A DNA stretch of 61,482 nucleotides from Nocardioides sp. (GTDB lineage Bacteria > Actinomycetota > Actinomycetes > Propionibacteriales > Nocardioidaceae): assembly GCA_045806805.1 (NCBI GenBank), contig JBJMIQ010000134.1, positions 1 through 61,482 of the forward strand. The letters run 5' to 3'. The stretch's first letter is position 1, and each line of letters starts with the position of its first letter. Of this stretch, positions 28,552 through 37,861 are shown in pieces. A program made the position numbers and the translations under genes. The notes beneath the pieces are model-generated. The model saw only the letters and a list, made by a program, of their open reading frames with translations, was not told the origin of the DNA and ran no database searches.

Positions 28552-29219
28552 CAGACTCGCGTCTCGTGGTCAGCCCCCAGATCCCCGACAGAGAAGGGCT
28601 TCCCGACGAGGAGATACCGGAGGGGATGCGCGCCGACGCCAGGGAGACCTGGCCGAGCCGGGAGCTGATCGAGTCCTTCCTCGGCGACTTCGACTTCGAG
28701 CTCCGTCCGGGCGAGACCATCCATGTCGACACCGAGGAGCAGGCCCGGGCAGCGCGCAAGTTCCGCGACGTCCTCGGCCGCTTCGCCACCGGAATCACCG
28801 TGGTCACCGCGGTCAGCCGCGGTGAGCCGGTCGGCATGACCTGCCAGAGCTTCATGTCGGTCTCGCTCGACCCGCCGCTCGTGCTGTTCTCGCCGGCGAA
28901 GACGTCGCGGGCGTGGCCAGCGATCCAGCGGTCGGGACGGTTCTGCGTGAACTTCCTGGCCGCCGACCAGGAGCCGCTCTCCAACACGATGGCCAGCCGC
29001 GGCCTCGACAAGTTCGCCGGCCTCGGGTGGACCGCCACCCCGGAGACCGGGTCGCCCCTGCTGGACGGCGCGCTCGGCTACGTCGACTGCACCATCCACG
29101 CCGTCCACGAGACCGGCGACCACTACGTGGTGATCGGCCGGGTCCAGGACCTCGACGCCACCCGCGACGGGGAGCCGCTGCTGTTCTACCGGGGTGAGTA
29201 CCGCACCACCGGCGACTGA
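28548..29219 (+). CDS. hsaB: Flavin reductase subunit of 3-HSA monooxygenase
   Basis: FRDVLGRFATGITVVT, SVSLDPPLV, GDHYVVIG; long acidic N-terminal extension. Confidence 0.9.
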   Translation: MTDSRLVVSPQIPDREGLPDEEIPEGMRADARETWPSRELIESFLGDFDFELRPGETIHVDTEEQARAARKFRDVLGRFATGITVVTAVSRGEPVGMTCQSFMSVSLDPPLVLFSPAKTSRAWPAIQRSGRFCVNFLAADQEPLSNTMASRGLDKFAGLGWTATPETGSPLLDGALGYVDCTIHAVHETGDHYVVIGRVQDLDATRDGEPLLFYRGEYRTTGD

Positions 29220-29242
29220 CCACGTCTGGCAGGGTGCACCGC

Positions 29243-29593
29243 GTGGCCGACGACCCGACGCGCGACTTCTCCGTCCGTCTCGTGCGCCGATTCCTCTCGC
29301 TGTGCGAGAGCCCCCGCACCCGAGCCACCATGGTCCGAATGGTCAAGGGCTCCGTCGGCAGTGCGCGTGCGGGCCGCACCCTCTACCGCGTGGTGAACCG
29401 GGCCGCGGTCAACCCCGTCGCCCGCGTCACCGGCATCCAAGCCTCGGCGATGCGGTTCGAGCTGGTGGCCTCGCAGCTGATCGGGCTGGCGATGGCCCGC
29501 TACGTCATCCAGGTCGAGCCGATCGCCTCCGCGTCGGTCGACGAGGTGGTCGCCCTGGCCGCCCCCTCGATCCGGGCGGCCCTTCGGGGCTGA
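29243..29593 (+). CDS. Standalone TetR C-terminal domain protein (no HTH)
   Basis: ELVASQLIGLAMARYVIQVEPIASA resembles actinobacterial TetR C-terminal domains; CAGGGT-N7-GTG start; no room for an HTH upstream. Confidence 0.7.
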   Translation: MADDPTRDFSVRLVRRFLSLCESPRTRATMVRMVKGSVGSARAGRTLYRVVNRAAVNPVARVTGIQASAMRFELVASQLIGLAMARYVIQVEPIASASVDEVVALAAPSIRAALRG

Positions 29594-29596
29594 GGG

Positions 29597-30331
29597 TCAC
29601 GACTCCAGGACGGTCAGGTCCCGTACGGCGAAACCGTGGTGCGCCCACTCCTCGTCGAAGATGACACGCAGGCAGTCGAGCGTTGAGCGCTGCCCGTCGG
29701 GCGGGAACCCTCCAATGCCATGGGCGGGGAGAGTGGCGGCCAGTGCCTCGTCGTTGAGCGCCAGGACATGGTCGCGAACCTGCTGCTGACGGCGGTGCCG
29801 GGCCACGAGCACGTCGTCGAGGGCGGGGCGCAGGCCGGGGTCGATCCCGAAGTCGGCCGGGTCGAGGAACGAGGCGGTCAGTCCCAGCGGGTGGTACGGG
29901 TCGGCCTCGCCGAGCACGGCGCGCCCGAACCAGCCGTCATAGACGTGAAGCAGATGGCGCAGCGTCTCGACGAACGACCACTCGCCGCGCACCCGCTCGT
30001 ACCTCGCCTCCTCCGGTAGCGCACGAACCCGGTCGAGCGTCGGCGCCCAGAGGTCGTCGACGACATCCAGCGCGGCCAGGACGCCCGCGACGTCGGTGGG
30101 CCGGAGCGCGAGCCGCTCCGGGTGCCGGCGGTCGAGCTCCGCCTCGACCAGCGGAACCACATCCACGCCGTTGACCGTCAGGTTCCGGACCAGTGCATCG
30201 ATCTCGACGTCGATCATCACCGCGCCGATGAACCGCGCACCCACCAGCGTCACCTCGCGGAACTCGGCGCCGTCCATCTGGCAGTCCAGGTAGCGCGCGC
30301 CGCGGAGGTCCTCTCCGTCGAAGGTACTCAC
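29597..30331 (-). CDS. DinB family protein with N-terminal pentapeptide-like repeats
   Basis: DLRGARY/MDGAEF/LVGARF repeats; EWSFVETLRHL, EEWAHHGFAVRDL. Confidence 0.85.
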   Translation of the reverse strand: MSTFDGEDLRGARYLDCQMDGAEFREVTLVGARFIGAVMIDVEIDALVRNLTVNGVDVVPLVEAELDRRHPERLALRPTDVAGVLAALDVVDDLWAPTLDRVRALPEEARYERVRGEWSFVETLRHLLHVYDGWFGRAVLGEADPYHPLGLTASFLDPADFGIDPGLRPALDDVLVARHRRQQQVRDHVLALNDEALAATLPAHGIGGFPPDGQRSTLDCLRVIFDEEWAHHGFAVRDLTVLES

Positions 30332-30720
30332 GCGTGGGGTGGGGGTGGTTGATCGACGTTGACCGTGGGGATTCCGCCTCCGGCGCGGGCGATGACCGCC
30401 ACCGAAGGCTGGTCACCGGGGTTGCTCTCGCGATGGATCGTGTACGCAGGCACGTGCACGAAGTCGCCGGCCTGGGCGTCGAGTGGCGCGGCTCGACCCT
30501 CGAACTCCAGGCGCAGGATGCCCGAGACGACGTACAGGCTGGTCTGGTTGCGGTCGTGGTGGTGCCAGCCCGAGATCGCGCCGGGCGTCGTCGTCACCTG
30601 TCCGGCCCATAGCTGCGGCACCTCGAACGCGAGCTTGCGCAGCATGCCGGCCGTGGGGTCGGCGGTGACCAGCTCGTTGGCGTGGAACACGCGCAGCGGC
30701 TGAGGCAGGCGGTCGTTCAC
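30328..30720 (-). CDS. Cupin domain protein
   Basis: SGWHHH, GDFVHVPAYTIHRESN. Confidence 0.85.
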   Translation of the reverse strand: MNDRLPQPLRVFHANELVTADPTAGMLRKLAFEVPQLWAGQVTTTPGAISGWHHHDRNQTSLYVVSGILRLEFEGRAAPLDAQAGDFVHVPAYTIHRESNPGDQPSVAVIARAGGGIPTVNVDQPPPPHA

Positions 30721-31697
30721 GCCAACCAGCGTGCCACGTCTGCCCGATGCGAGCTCGCCGTGCCGAACAGCTGGCCCAGGGCGTGCGCCCGCTTGAAGAC
30801 CAGATGGGCGTCGTGCTCCCAGGTGATCGCGATCCCGCCGTGCAGCTGGATCGTCTCACTCGCGATCCGGTCGAGCGCGTCGGAGCAGTAGGCCTTGGCG
30901 ACGGTCGCGCGTTCGTGCAGGGTCGCGGCCCGCTCGACGGTCGGCGACTGAAGGTAGGACGACGCGGCTCCGGTCGCCGCCCAGGAGGCCGATCGAACCA
31001 TCTCCAGCAGCACCAGCAGGTCCGCCATCCGGTGCTTCAGGGCCTGGAAGGACCCGATCGGACGACCGAACTGGACCCGCTCCTGCGCGTAGGCCACCGT
31101 CATGTCGAGGCCGCGGCGGGCGCAGCCCAGCTGGAGTGCGGTCACCAGCGCGGTGGCGACGTCGCGCAGCGGTTGTGAGGGCGCGGCTTCGGTGTCGAGA
31201 TGTCCGAGCCGGGTCGTGGGATCGAGGGCCGGCCGGGCCTCGGGCCGGTCGTCGCAGAGCTCCAGCGCCTCTCCCCGTGGGATCAGCACAATCTCGGCCG
31301 CAGGCTCCAGCACCACGGGTGGCTCGAGGACGGCGGTGGCGAGCGTGCCCCCCGCGATGCGGGGAAGCAGGATGGCCCGCTGCTCGTCCGAGCCGTGGAG
31401 GAGCACCGCCGCCGCAGCGATCGTGCTGGCGAGCAGCGGGTTCGGAGCGAGCGAGCGGCCGAGCTCCTCGAGCACGACGGCTGTCTCGAACAGCGAGGCT
31501 CCGACGCCGTCGTGCTCCTCGGGCACGACCAGCGCGGCCACGCCGATCTGGTCGCACAAGGTCTGCCACAGGCTCTCGTCGTACCCCGGCTCGCTCTGCA
31601 TCGCGGACCGCACGGCCGCGCTGTCGGCGCGTTTGTCCAGCAGGGCGCGGACCGTGGACGCGAGCTCCTGCTGCTCCTCGCTGAGGGTGAAGTCCAT
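30717..31697 (-). CDS. fadE33: Acyl-CoA dehydrogenase FadE33 (IpdE2)
   Basis: MDFTLSEEQQEL, QFGRPIGSFQALKH, QLHGGIAITWEH; synteny. Confidence 0.88.
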   Translation of the reverse strand: MDFTLSEEQQELASTVRALLDKRADSAAVRSAMQSEPGYDESLWQTLCDQIGVAALVVPEEHDGVGASLFETAVVLEELGRSLAPNPLLASTIAAAAVLLHGSDEQRAILLPRIAGGTLATAVLEPPVVLEPAAEIVLIPRGEALELCDDRPEARPALDPTTRLGHLDTEAAPSQPLRDVATALVTALQLGCARRGLDMTVAYAQERVQFGRPIGSFQALKHRMADLLVLLEMVRSASWAATGAASSYLQSPTVERAATLHERATVAKAYCSDALDRIASETIQLHGGIAITWEHDAHLVFKRAHALGQLFGTASSHRADVARWLA

Positions 31698-32569
31698 CAG
31701 AGGGCCTCCAACACCCGGACGCGGTGCTGGGCAGGAGTGCCCCACGCGGTGACCAGTGCCCTGGTCTTGAGCATCCAGAGCGACAGGTCCAGCTCGCGGG
31801 TGTAGCCGATCGCGCCGTGGACCTGGAGCGCCGTGCGCGAGGCGAGGTACGCCGCGTCGCCGGCCATCACCTTCGCGGCCGAGGCCGGCATCGCCCCGAG
31901 CGCGGCCCCGTGCACCATCGGCCGGGCGAAGTCGAGCGCGATCCGCACGTCGGCCAGCGCGTGCTTGATCGCCTGGTAGGAACCGATCTCGCGGCCGAAC
32001 TGGCGTCTCTGCTTCACGTAGGCCACCGACTCCTCCAGCAGATGCTCGCCCAGACCGAGCAGCTGCGCGGAGACGGCCAGCACCGCGGCGTTCCAGGCGG
32101 CGTCGAGGTTCTCGGACGCGACCGCTTCTCCGGGCGTGACCGTGAACAATCGCCGGGTCGGGTCGATCGAGGTGCGCCGCTCGCCGACGGTGCCCCGGCG
32201 GACGGCGTCGTCGCCGAGCGCGTAGACCCGGTCGGCGACGTCGGCGTCGACGGCAAGCGGCGCGGCAACGGTGCCGATGCACTCGATCTCGTGGCCAAGG
32301 AGGACGGGGAGATAGACGGCCGACTCGACCCACGGTCCGGGCACGGCGAACCGCCCCAAGGCCTCGAACGCCACAGTCACCTCCACCGGTGTGGCCTCGG
32401 TGGCGAGCATGGTCAGGCCCTGCTCGGCCAGCCGCTGCCAGAGCTCGAGTCCGGGTACGGCGTCGCCCTCGGCCCAGGCCCGGGCGACCGCAACGGTGTC
32501 GGAGGCTGCGAGCAGCTTGTCCAGCGACCCCGCGAAGTCCTCCTGCTCGGGGGTGAGCGCAAACCTCAT
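31697..32569 (-). CDS. fadE32: Acyl-CoA dehydrogenase FadE32
   Basis: MRFALTPEQEDF, GSYQAIKH, LQVHGAIGYT, WGTPAQHR. Confidence 0.88.
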   Translation of the reverse strand: MRFALTPEQEDFAGSLDKLLAASDTVAVARAWAEGDAVPGLELWQRLAEQGLTMLATEATPVEVTVAFEALGRFAVPGPWVESAVYLPVLLGHEIECIGTVAAPLAVDADVADRVYALGDDAVRRGTVGERRTSIDPTRRLFTVTPGEAVASENLDAAWNAAVLAVSAQLLGLGEHLLEESVAYVKQRRQFGREIGSYQAIKHALADVRIALDFARPMVHGAALGAMPASAAKVMAGDAAYLASRTALQVHGAIGYTRELDLSLWMLKTRALVTAWGTPAQHRVRVLEAL

Positions 32570-33747
32570 CCCTGTGCCTTTCCGGTCGCTCTGCCACCGT
32601 CTCGAAGGGTCGGCTCCCGGGGGAGGCCGAGGATCCGCTCGGCCACGATGTTGCGCTGGATCTCGTTGGTTCCGGCGTAGATCGGGCCGGAGAGCGAGAA
32701 CAGATAGCCGTCGGTCCACGCCGACTCGAGCTCCGCCTCCGGGCCGAGGAGGTCGAGAGCGGTCTCGTGGAGCGCGATGTCGAGCTCGGACCAGAAGACC
32801 TTGTTGACCGAACCGGCCCAGCCCATCTCGCTGCCACCGGCCAGCCGGGTGACCGTTCCCCACGTGTAGAGCCGGTAGGCCTGCGCCCGCAGCCACGCGT
32901 CGGCGACGCGGTCCGCCGCCGACGGCGCGGCGTCGGCCTCGGAGCGCCACAGCTCCACCAACCGGTCCGCGGCCGCGCAGAACCGCCCCGGGGAGCGCAG
33001 TGACAGCCCACGCTCGTTCCCGGCCGTGCTCATCGCCACCCGCCAGCCGTCGCCCGGAGCGCCGAGGACGTCGGAGTCCGGCACGAAGACGTCCTCGAGG
33101 AAGATCTCGGCGAAGCCGGCCTCTCCGTCGAGCTGGGCGATCGGGCGGACGGTGACGCCGTCGGCGTCGAGCGGGAACAGGAAGTAGGTCAGGCCTGCGT
33201 GCCGCTGGGCCGACGGGTCGGAGCGGAACAGCCCGAATCCCCAGTGCGCGTACGACGCCCGCGAGGACCAGGTCTTCTGGCCGTTGAGCAGCCAGCCGCC
33301 ACGCTCGTCGTCCCGGGTCGCGGTCGAACGGAGCGAGGCGAGGTCGGAGCCAGCCTCGGGCTCGGACCAGGCCTGCGCCCACACCTGTTCCCCGGTGGCC
33401 ATCGAGGGCAGGAACCGGTCCTGCTGCTCGCGGGTGCCGTGGTCGAACAGGATCGGAGCCAGCAGGAAGATGCCGTTCTGGGACACGCGTCCGGGCGCGC
33501 CGGCGCGGTAGTACTCCTCCTCGAAGATCACCCACTCGACCAGCGACGCCTCGCGGCCGCCGTACTCCGAGGGCCACGACACGACCGACCAGCGCGCCTC
33601 CGCGAGCGTCGCCTCCCACTCCTGGTGGGCGCGGAAGCCGGCGTCGGTGTCCATCGACGACAGCGGCTCGGCGGGCACGTTGGCCTCCAGCCACGAACGG
33701 GCCTCGTCGCGGAACGCGAGCTCGGACTCCGACAGGTCAAGATCCAT
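32566..33747 (-). CDS. fadE31: Acyl-CoA dehydrogenase FadE31
   Basis: WAQAWSEPEAGSDLASLRS, NERG, GPIYAGTNEIQRN. Confidence 0.9.
   Translation of the reverse strand: MDLDLSESELAFRDEARSWLEANVPAEPLSSMDTDAGFRAHQEWEATLAEARWSVVSWPSEYGGREASLVEWVIFEEEYYRAGAPGRVSQNGIFLLAPILFDHGTREQQDRFLPSMATGEQVWAQAWSEPEAGSDLASLRSTATRDDERGGWLLNGQKTWSSRASYAHWGFGLFRSDPSAQRHAGLTYFLFPLDADGVTVRPIAQLDGEAGFAEIFLEDVFVPDSDVLGAPGDGWRVAMSTAGNERGLSLRSPGRFCAAADRLVELWRSEADAAPSAADRVADAWLRAQAYRLYTWGTVTRLAGGSEMGWAGSVNKVFWSELDIALHETALDLLGPEAELESAWTDGYLFSLSGPIYAGTNEIQRNIVAERILGLPREPTLRDGGRATGKAQG
32583..32612. repeat. Degenerate half copy of the REP-like repeat in the fadE31 3' end
   Basis: CGGTCGCTCTGCCACCGTCTCGAAGGG shares the CGTCTCGAAGG arm with the 33764 copy. 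Confidence 0.4.
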
Positions 33748-35287
33748 CGGCGTCCCCCCCGATTCCTGAGGAGCGAGCGGAGCGAGCGTCTCGAAGGACG
33801 TTCTTGAGCACCTTGCCGGACAGGTTGCGGGGGAGCATGTCCACGAGCTCGACGTGTCGCGGCACCTTGAAGTTGGCCAGCCGCTCCTTCGCGAATGCGA
33901 TCACCTCGTCAGGGGGCACGTCTCCCACGACGTACGCTTTGCCGACCTCGCCCAGCCGCTCATCGGGTACGCCGACCACGGCGACGTCGGTGATCCCGTC
34001 CATCCGGGCGAGGGCCTGCTCGACCTCGGCGGGATAGACGTTGAAGCCCCCGGAGATGTACATGTCCTTGAGCCGGTCGGTGATCGACAGGTTTCCGTGC
34101 TCGTCGAGGGTGCCGACGTCACCGGTGTGCAGCCAGCCGTCGGCGTCGATCGCTTCCGCGGTGGCTTCCTCGTCGTCGAGATAACCCAGCATCACGTGGT
34201 CGCCACGCAACAGGAGCTCACCAGCCTCGCCGTCGGGAGCGTCGATCCGGGTTTCCATCCCGGGCACCGCCCGACCGCAGGTGGTGGCGACCGTCTCGGC
34301 GGAGTCGTCCTCCCGGCACATGGTGGCCACGACGGCCTCCGTCATCCCGAACGCGGTCACGACGTGGTCGATGCCCAGCCCCTCGGGCGCCGGCGCCCGC
34401 ATCCGTTCGATCAGCACCACCGGCACGACGGCCGCACCGGTCACGGCCAGCCGCAGCGAGCTCAGGTCGAACTCGCCACGGTTGGGTGCGGCCAGCAGGG
34501 ACTGGTAGATCGTTGGGGCGCCGGGAAGGAGGGTGATCCGCTCCGCCGCGATCAGGCGCATCGTCTCGTCGACGTCGAAGGTGGCCATCGGGTACAGCGC
34601 CGCGCCGGTGAGCAGCCCGACCACGATCCCTATCTTGTAGCCGAACGAGTGGAAGAACGGGTTGATCACGAGGTAGCGGTCCTCGGCCGTCACCCCGCCG
34701 AGGCTCGCCCAGGCGTGGGAGACGCCGATCGTCTGCCGGTGGGCGCTCATCGCCCCCTTGGGTCGGCCGGTGGTGCCCGACGTGAACAGGATGTCGGCCA
34801 CGCCGTCGGGGGAGACCCGCGCCGCCACGTCATCGATGTCGCCCGGGTCAGCCGTGATCGTGTGCAGCTCGGCAAGGTCGATGATCTCCCCGCCCCACTG
34901 CGCTGCCGCCTGGTGCAGATCGGCGATCTGGGTCCGTCCGAGGAACCCGTCGGCGACCACCGCCAGCACGGCGTCCGTGCGCTGGACGATGTCTGCCACC
35001 TCGTGGCCGGTGTAGCGGGAGTTGACCGGGACGAGCACGCCCCCCGCGTAAGAAACCGACAGGGCGGCCACGACCCAGTCGGCACTGTTGGGGGCCCAGA
35101 CCACCACGCGACCCCCGGGGGTGAGCCCCCGAGCCTGGTAGCCCGCTGCGGTGTGCCGCACCATGTCGAGGAGGTCGGCGAACGACAGGGTCCTGTCGTC
35201 CTCGACGTAGGCCGGTCGGTCGTCGAAGCGCTCGGCGGCCGCACGCAGCAGGCGGGGGAGGGTGGGCACCTCGTCCAAACCAAACAT
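33737..35287 (-). CDS. fadD3: HIP-CoA ligase FadD3
   Basis: FTSGTTGRPKG, NPFFHSFGYK, FGMTE, WLHTGD, GGFNVYPAEVE; leads fadE31-33. The start may be GTG 35269. Confidence 0.9.
   Translation of the reverse strand: MFGLDEVPTLPRLLRAAAERFDDRPAYVEDDRTLSFADLLDMVRHTAAGYQARGLTPGGRVVVWAPNSADWVVAALSVSYAGGVLVPVNSRYTGHEVADIVQRTDAVLAVVADGFLGRTQIADLHQAAAQWGGEIIDLAELHTITADPGDIDDVAARVSPDGVADILFTSGTTGRPKGAMSAHRQTIGVSHAWASLGGVTAEDRYLVINPFFHSFGYKIGIVVGLLTGAALYPMATFDVDETMRLIAAERITLLPGAPTIYQSLLAAPNRGEFDLSSLRLAVTGAAVVPVVLIERMRAPAPEGLGIDHVVTAFGMTEAVVATMCREDDSAETVATTCGRAVPGMETRIDAPDGEAGELLLRGDHVMLGYLDDEEATAEAIDADGWLHTGDVGTLDEHGNLSITDRLKDMYISGGFNVYPAEVEQALARMDGITDVAVVGVPDERLGEVGKAYVVGDVPPDEVIAFAKERLANFKVPRHVELVDMLPRNLSGKVLKNVLRDARSARSSGIGGDADGS
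33764..33798. repeat. REP-like palindromic repeat inside the fadD3 3' end
   Basis: TCCTGAGGAGCGAGCGGAGCGAGCGTCTCGAAGGA; its reverse complement matches the 49047 copy. Confidence 0.7.
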
Positions 35288-35298
35288 TTGCTTGGTAG
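35279..35298. promoter_or_regulatory. KstR2-type operator (variant)
   Basis: ACCAAACATTTGCT(TGGTAG) = AnCAAAnnTTTGnT; between fadD3 and fadE30. Confidence 0.7.
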
Positions 35299-35308
35299 GC
35301 TACCACCC

Positions 35309-36484
35309 GTGGACCTGACCTACTCCGACGAGGACGAGACCTTCCGTGCGGAGGTGCGGGCCTGGCTCCAGGAACACGTAGCCGACTCCGGGTCCGTAGC
35401 GGCGACCTACGACGAACGCCTGGCCTGGAACCGGCACCTCGCCGAGCACGGTTGGACCTGCGTCGGATGGCCGGAGGAGCACGGCGGTCGCGGCCTGAGC
35501 CTGATGCAGCAGGTGATCTTCCACGAGGAGTACGCCAGGTCTGACGCGCCGAGCCGGGTCAACCATCTCGGCGAGGAGCTCCTCGGGCCCACCCTGATCG
35601 CTTTCGGCACGGCGGCCCAGCAGGAGCGGTTCCTGCCCCCGATCCGCGCCGTCGAGGAGCTGTGGTGCCAGGGCTACTCCGAGCCCGGCGCCGGCTCCGA
35701 CCTGGCGAACGTCCAGACCAAGGCCCGGCTCGACGGCCCAGCCGATGGTGGGGAATGGGTGATCGACGGCCAGAAGGTGTGGACCTCCAACGCCCATGAC
35801 GCAGCCTGGATCTTCGTGCTCGCGCGCACCGAGCCCGGCTCGTCGCGTCACCATGGGCTCTCGTTCCTGCTGGTGCCGATGGACCAGGAGGGCGTCGAGG
35901 TCCGGCCGATCCAGCAGCTCACCGGTGACTCCGAGTTCAACGAGGTCTTCTTCACCGGGGCCCGCACCTCCGCCGACCTCGTCGTCGGCGAGCCCGGCGA
36001 CGGCTGGCGCGTCGCGATGGGTCTGCTCGGGTTCGAACGCGGCGTCTCCACCCTTGGGCAGCAGGTGGGCTTCGCGCGCGAGCTGGAAGCAGTCGTGGCG
36101 CAGGCGAAGGACAACGGCGCCTTCGACGACACTGTCATCCGAGACCGCCTGGCGCGCTCGAAGGTCGAGCTCGAGGTCATGCACCTCAACGCCCTGCGCG
36201 GGCTCTCGGCCGCGGTCGCCGGAGAGGGCTCCGCGTCCGGCGGCGGCGCGGCCTCGATCGCCAAGCTGGTCTGGGCGAACTGGCACCGGGACCTCGGCGA
36301 GCTGGCGATGGCCGTCGCCGGAGCGGAGGGTCTGACCGTTCGGGGCGCTCCCTACGAGCTGCATCCGTGGCAGCGGCTCTTCCTGTTCTCGCGCGCTGAC
36401 ACGATCTACGGCGGCAGCGATGAGATCCAGCGCAACATCCTCGCCGAGCGCGTGCTCGGCCTGCCGAAGGAGCCCAAGGGATGA
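35309..36484 (+). CDS. fadE30: Acyl-CoA dehydrogenase FadE30 (IpdE1)
   Basis: WCQGYSEPGAGSDLANV, FERG, SRADTIYGGSDEIQRN; TAGGCT-N7-GTG start. Confidence 0.9.
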   Translation: MDLTYSDEDETFRAEVRAWLQEHVADSGSVAATYDERLAWNRHLAEHGWTCVGWPEEHGGRGLSLMQQVIFHEEYARSDAPSRVNHLGEELLGPTLIAFGTAAQQERFLPPIRAVEELWCQGYSEPGAGSDLANVQTKARLDGPADGGEWVIDGQKVWTSNAHDAAWIFVLARTEPGSSRHHGLSFLLVPMDQEGVEVRPIQQLTGDSEFNEVFFTGARTSADLVVGEPGDGWRVAMGLLGFERGVSTLGQQVGFARELEAVVAQAKDNGAFDDTVIRDRLARSKVELEVMHLNALRGLSAAVAGEGSASGGGAASIAKLVWANWHRDLGELAMAVAGAEGLTVRGAPYELHPWQRLFLFSRADTIYGGSDEIQRNILAERVLGLPKEPKG

Positions 36485-37284
36485 CCTCGACCAGGGCCGA
36501 GCAGCCCACGCCCGACTACGTCCCGGGCCACGACCTGCTCGCCGGGAAGGTGGTCGTCGTGACCGCCGCGGCCGGGGCCGGCATCGGCGCCGCCGTCGTA
36601 CGACGGGCACTCGAGGAGGGCGCGAAGGCCGTGATCCTCGGCGACACCCACGAGCGCCGGCTGGCCGAGGCCCAGCAGGCCCTGGGCGAGGAGTTCGGCG
36701 CCGACCGGGTGCGCAGCCTGGTCTGCGACGTCACCGACGAGACGCAGATCGCGGACCTGCTCGACTTCGGCGACGAGCTCGGCGGGATCGACGTGATGGT
36801 CAACAACGCAGGACTCGGCGGCACCGCGACGATCACCGAGATGACCGACGAGGAGTGGTCGCGCGTCCTCGACATCACGCTGACCGGCACGTTCCGCTGT
36901 GTCCGTGCCGCGGGCAACCGGATGATTGCGTCCGGCACCCGCGGCGTGATCGTCAACAACGCCTCGGTGATCGGCTGGCGCGCCCAGGAGGGTCAGGCGC
37001 ACTACGCCGCGGCCAAGGCCGGCGTGATGGCGCTGACCCGCTGTGCGGCACTCGACCTCGCGTCCCACGGGATCCGGGTCAACGCGGTCTCCCCGAGCCT
37101 GGCCATGCACCCGTTCCTGGCCAAGGTCACCTCCGACGAGCTGCTCGCCGAGCTCAAGCAGCGCGAGGCGTTCGGTCGGGCCGCGGAGCCCTGGGAGGTG
37201 GCCAACGTGATGGTCTTCCTGGCCAGCGACTACTCGTCGTACCTCACCGGTGAGGTCCTCTCCGTGAGCTCACAACATGCCTGA
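36481..37284 (+). CDS. ipdF: Short-chain dehydrogenase IpdF (Rv3559c-like)
   Basis: VTAAAGAGIG, NNAG, YAAAK, SVSSQHA terminus. Confidence 0.9.
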   Translation: MTSTRAEQPTPDYVPGHDLLAGKVVVVTAAAGAGIGAAVVRRALEEGAKAVILGDTHERRLAEAQQALGEEFGADRVRSLVCDVTDETQIADLLDFGDELGGIDVMVNNAGLGGTATITEMTDEEWSRVLDITLTGTFRCVRAAGNRMIASGTRGVIVNNASVIGWRAQEGQAHYAAAKAGVMALTRCAALDLASHGIRVNAVSPSLAMHPFLAKVTSDELLAELKQREAFGRAAEPWEVANVMVFLASDYSSYLTGEVLSVSSQHA

Positions 37285-37861
37285 GGCCACCGCCACCCGC
37301 CGTTCCGAGCTGCTCGGCATCGCGGCCGGCCTGTTCGCCGAGAAGGGCTTCAAGAACACCACGGTCCGCGACATCGCCGACGCCGCCGGGATCCTCTCCG
37401 GAAGCCTCTACCACCACTTCGACTCCAAGGAGTCGATGGTCGACGAGATCCTGTCGACCTTCCAGGAGGAGCTGTTCGGGAGGTACGACGAGGTGCTGGC
37501 CAGCGACGACGACGCCCGGACCAAGATCGAGCGCGCGGTCCGGCTGTCCTTCGAGGCGATCGACCGCCACCGCCACGAGGTGGCGATCTTCCAGAACGAG
37601 GCCGACTACCTCGGATCCTTCGAGCGCTTCGGCTATCTCGCGGAGCGGCACGCGCAGTCCCGCGAGGTGTGGATGACCCTGCTCACGCAGGGGGTCGAGG
37701 CGGGCGCACTGCGCAGGGACCTCGACATCGAGCTCGTCTACCGGTTCATCCGGGACACCGTCTGGGTGGCGGTGCGGTGGTACCACCCCGGCGGACCGCT
37801 GACCCACGAGGCCATCGCGGACCAGTACCTCACCATTCTTCTGGACGGGATCTCCACATGA
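37277..37861 (+). CDS. kstR2: TetR regulator KstR2
   Basis: TTVRDIADAAGILSGSLYHHFDSKESMVDEIL, YRFIRDTVWVAVRWY. Confidence 0.93.
   Translation: MPEATATRRSELLGIAAGLFAEKGFKNTTVRDIADAAGILSGSLYHHFDSKESMVDEILSTFQEELFGRYDEVLASDDDARTKIERAVRLSFEAIDRHRHEVAIFQNEADYLGSFERFGYLAERHAQSREVWMTLLTQGVEAGALRRDLDIELVYRFIRDTVWVAVRWYHPGGPLTHEAIADQYLTILLDGIST

Noticed and set aside
30717-33694. Long ORFs (764 aa and 665 aa) suggesting fused fadE31-33
   Set aside because: Three separate genes with stop/start overlaps at 32566-32569 and 31697. The extensions are alternate-frame readings, unlike the true fusion at 4276.
33854-36484. 876-aa ORF suggesting a large fusion ending in an acyl-CoA dehydrogenase
   Set aside because: The N-terminal part is the antisense shadow of fadD3. 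The real fadE30 starts at GTG 35309, after the operator and -10.
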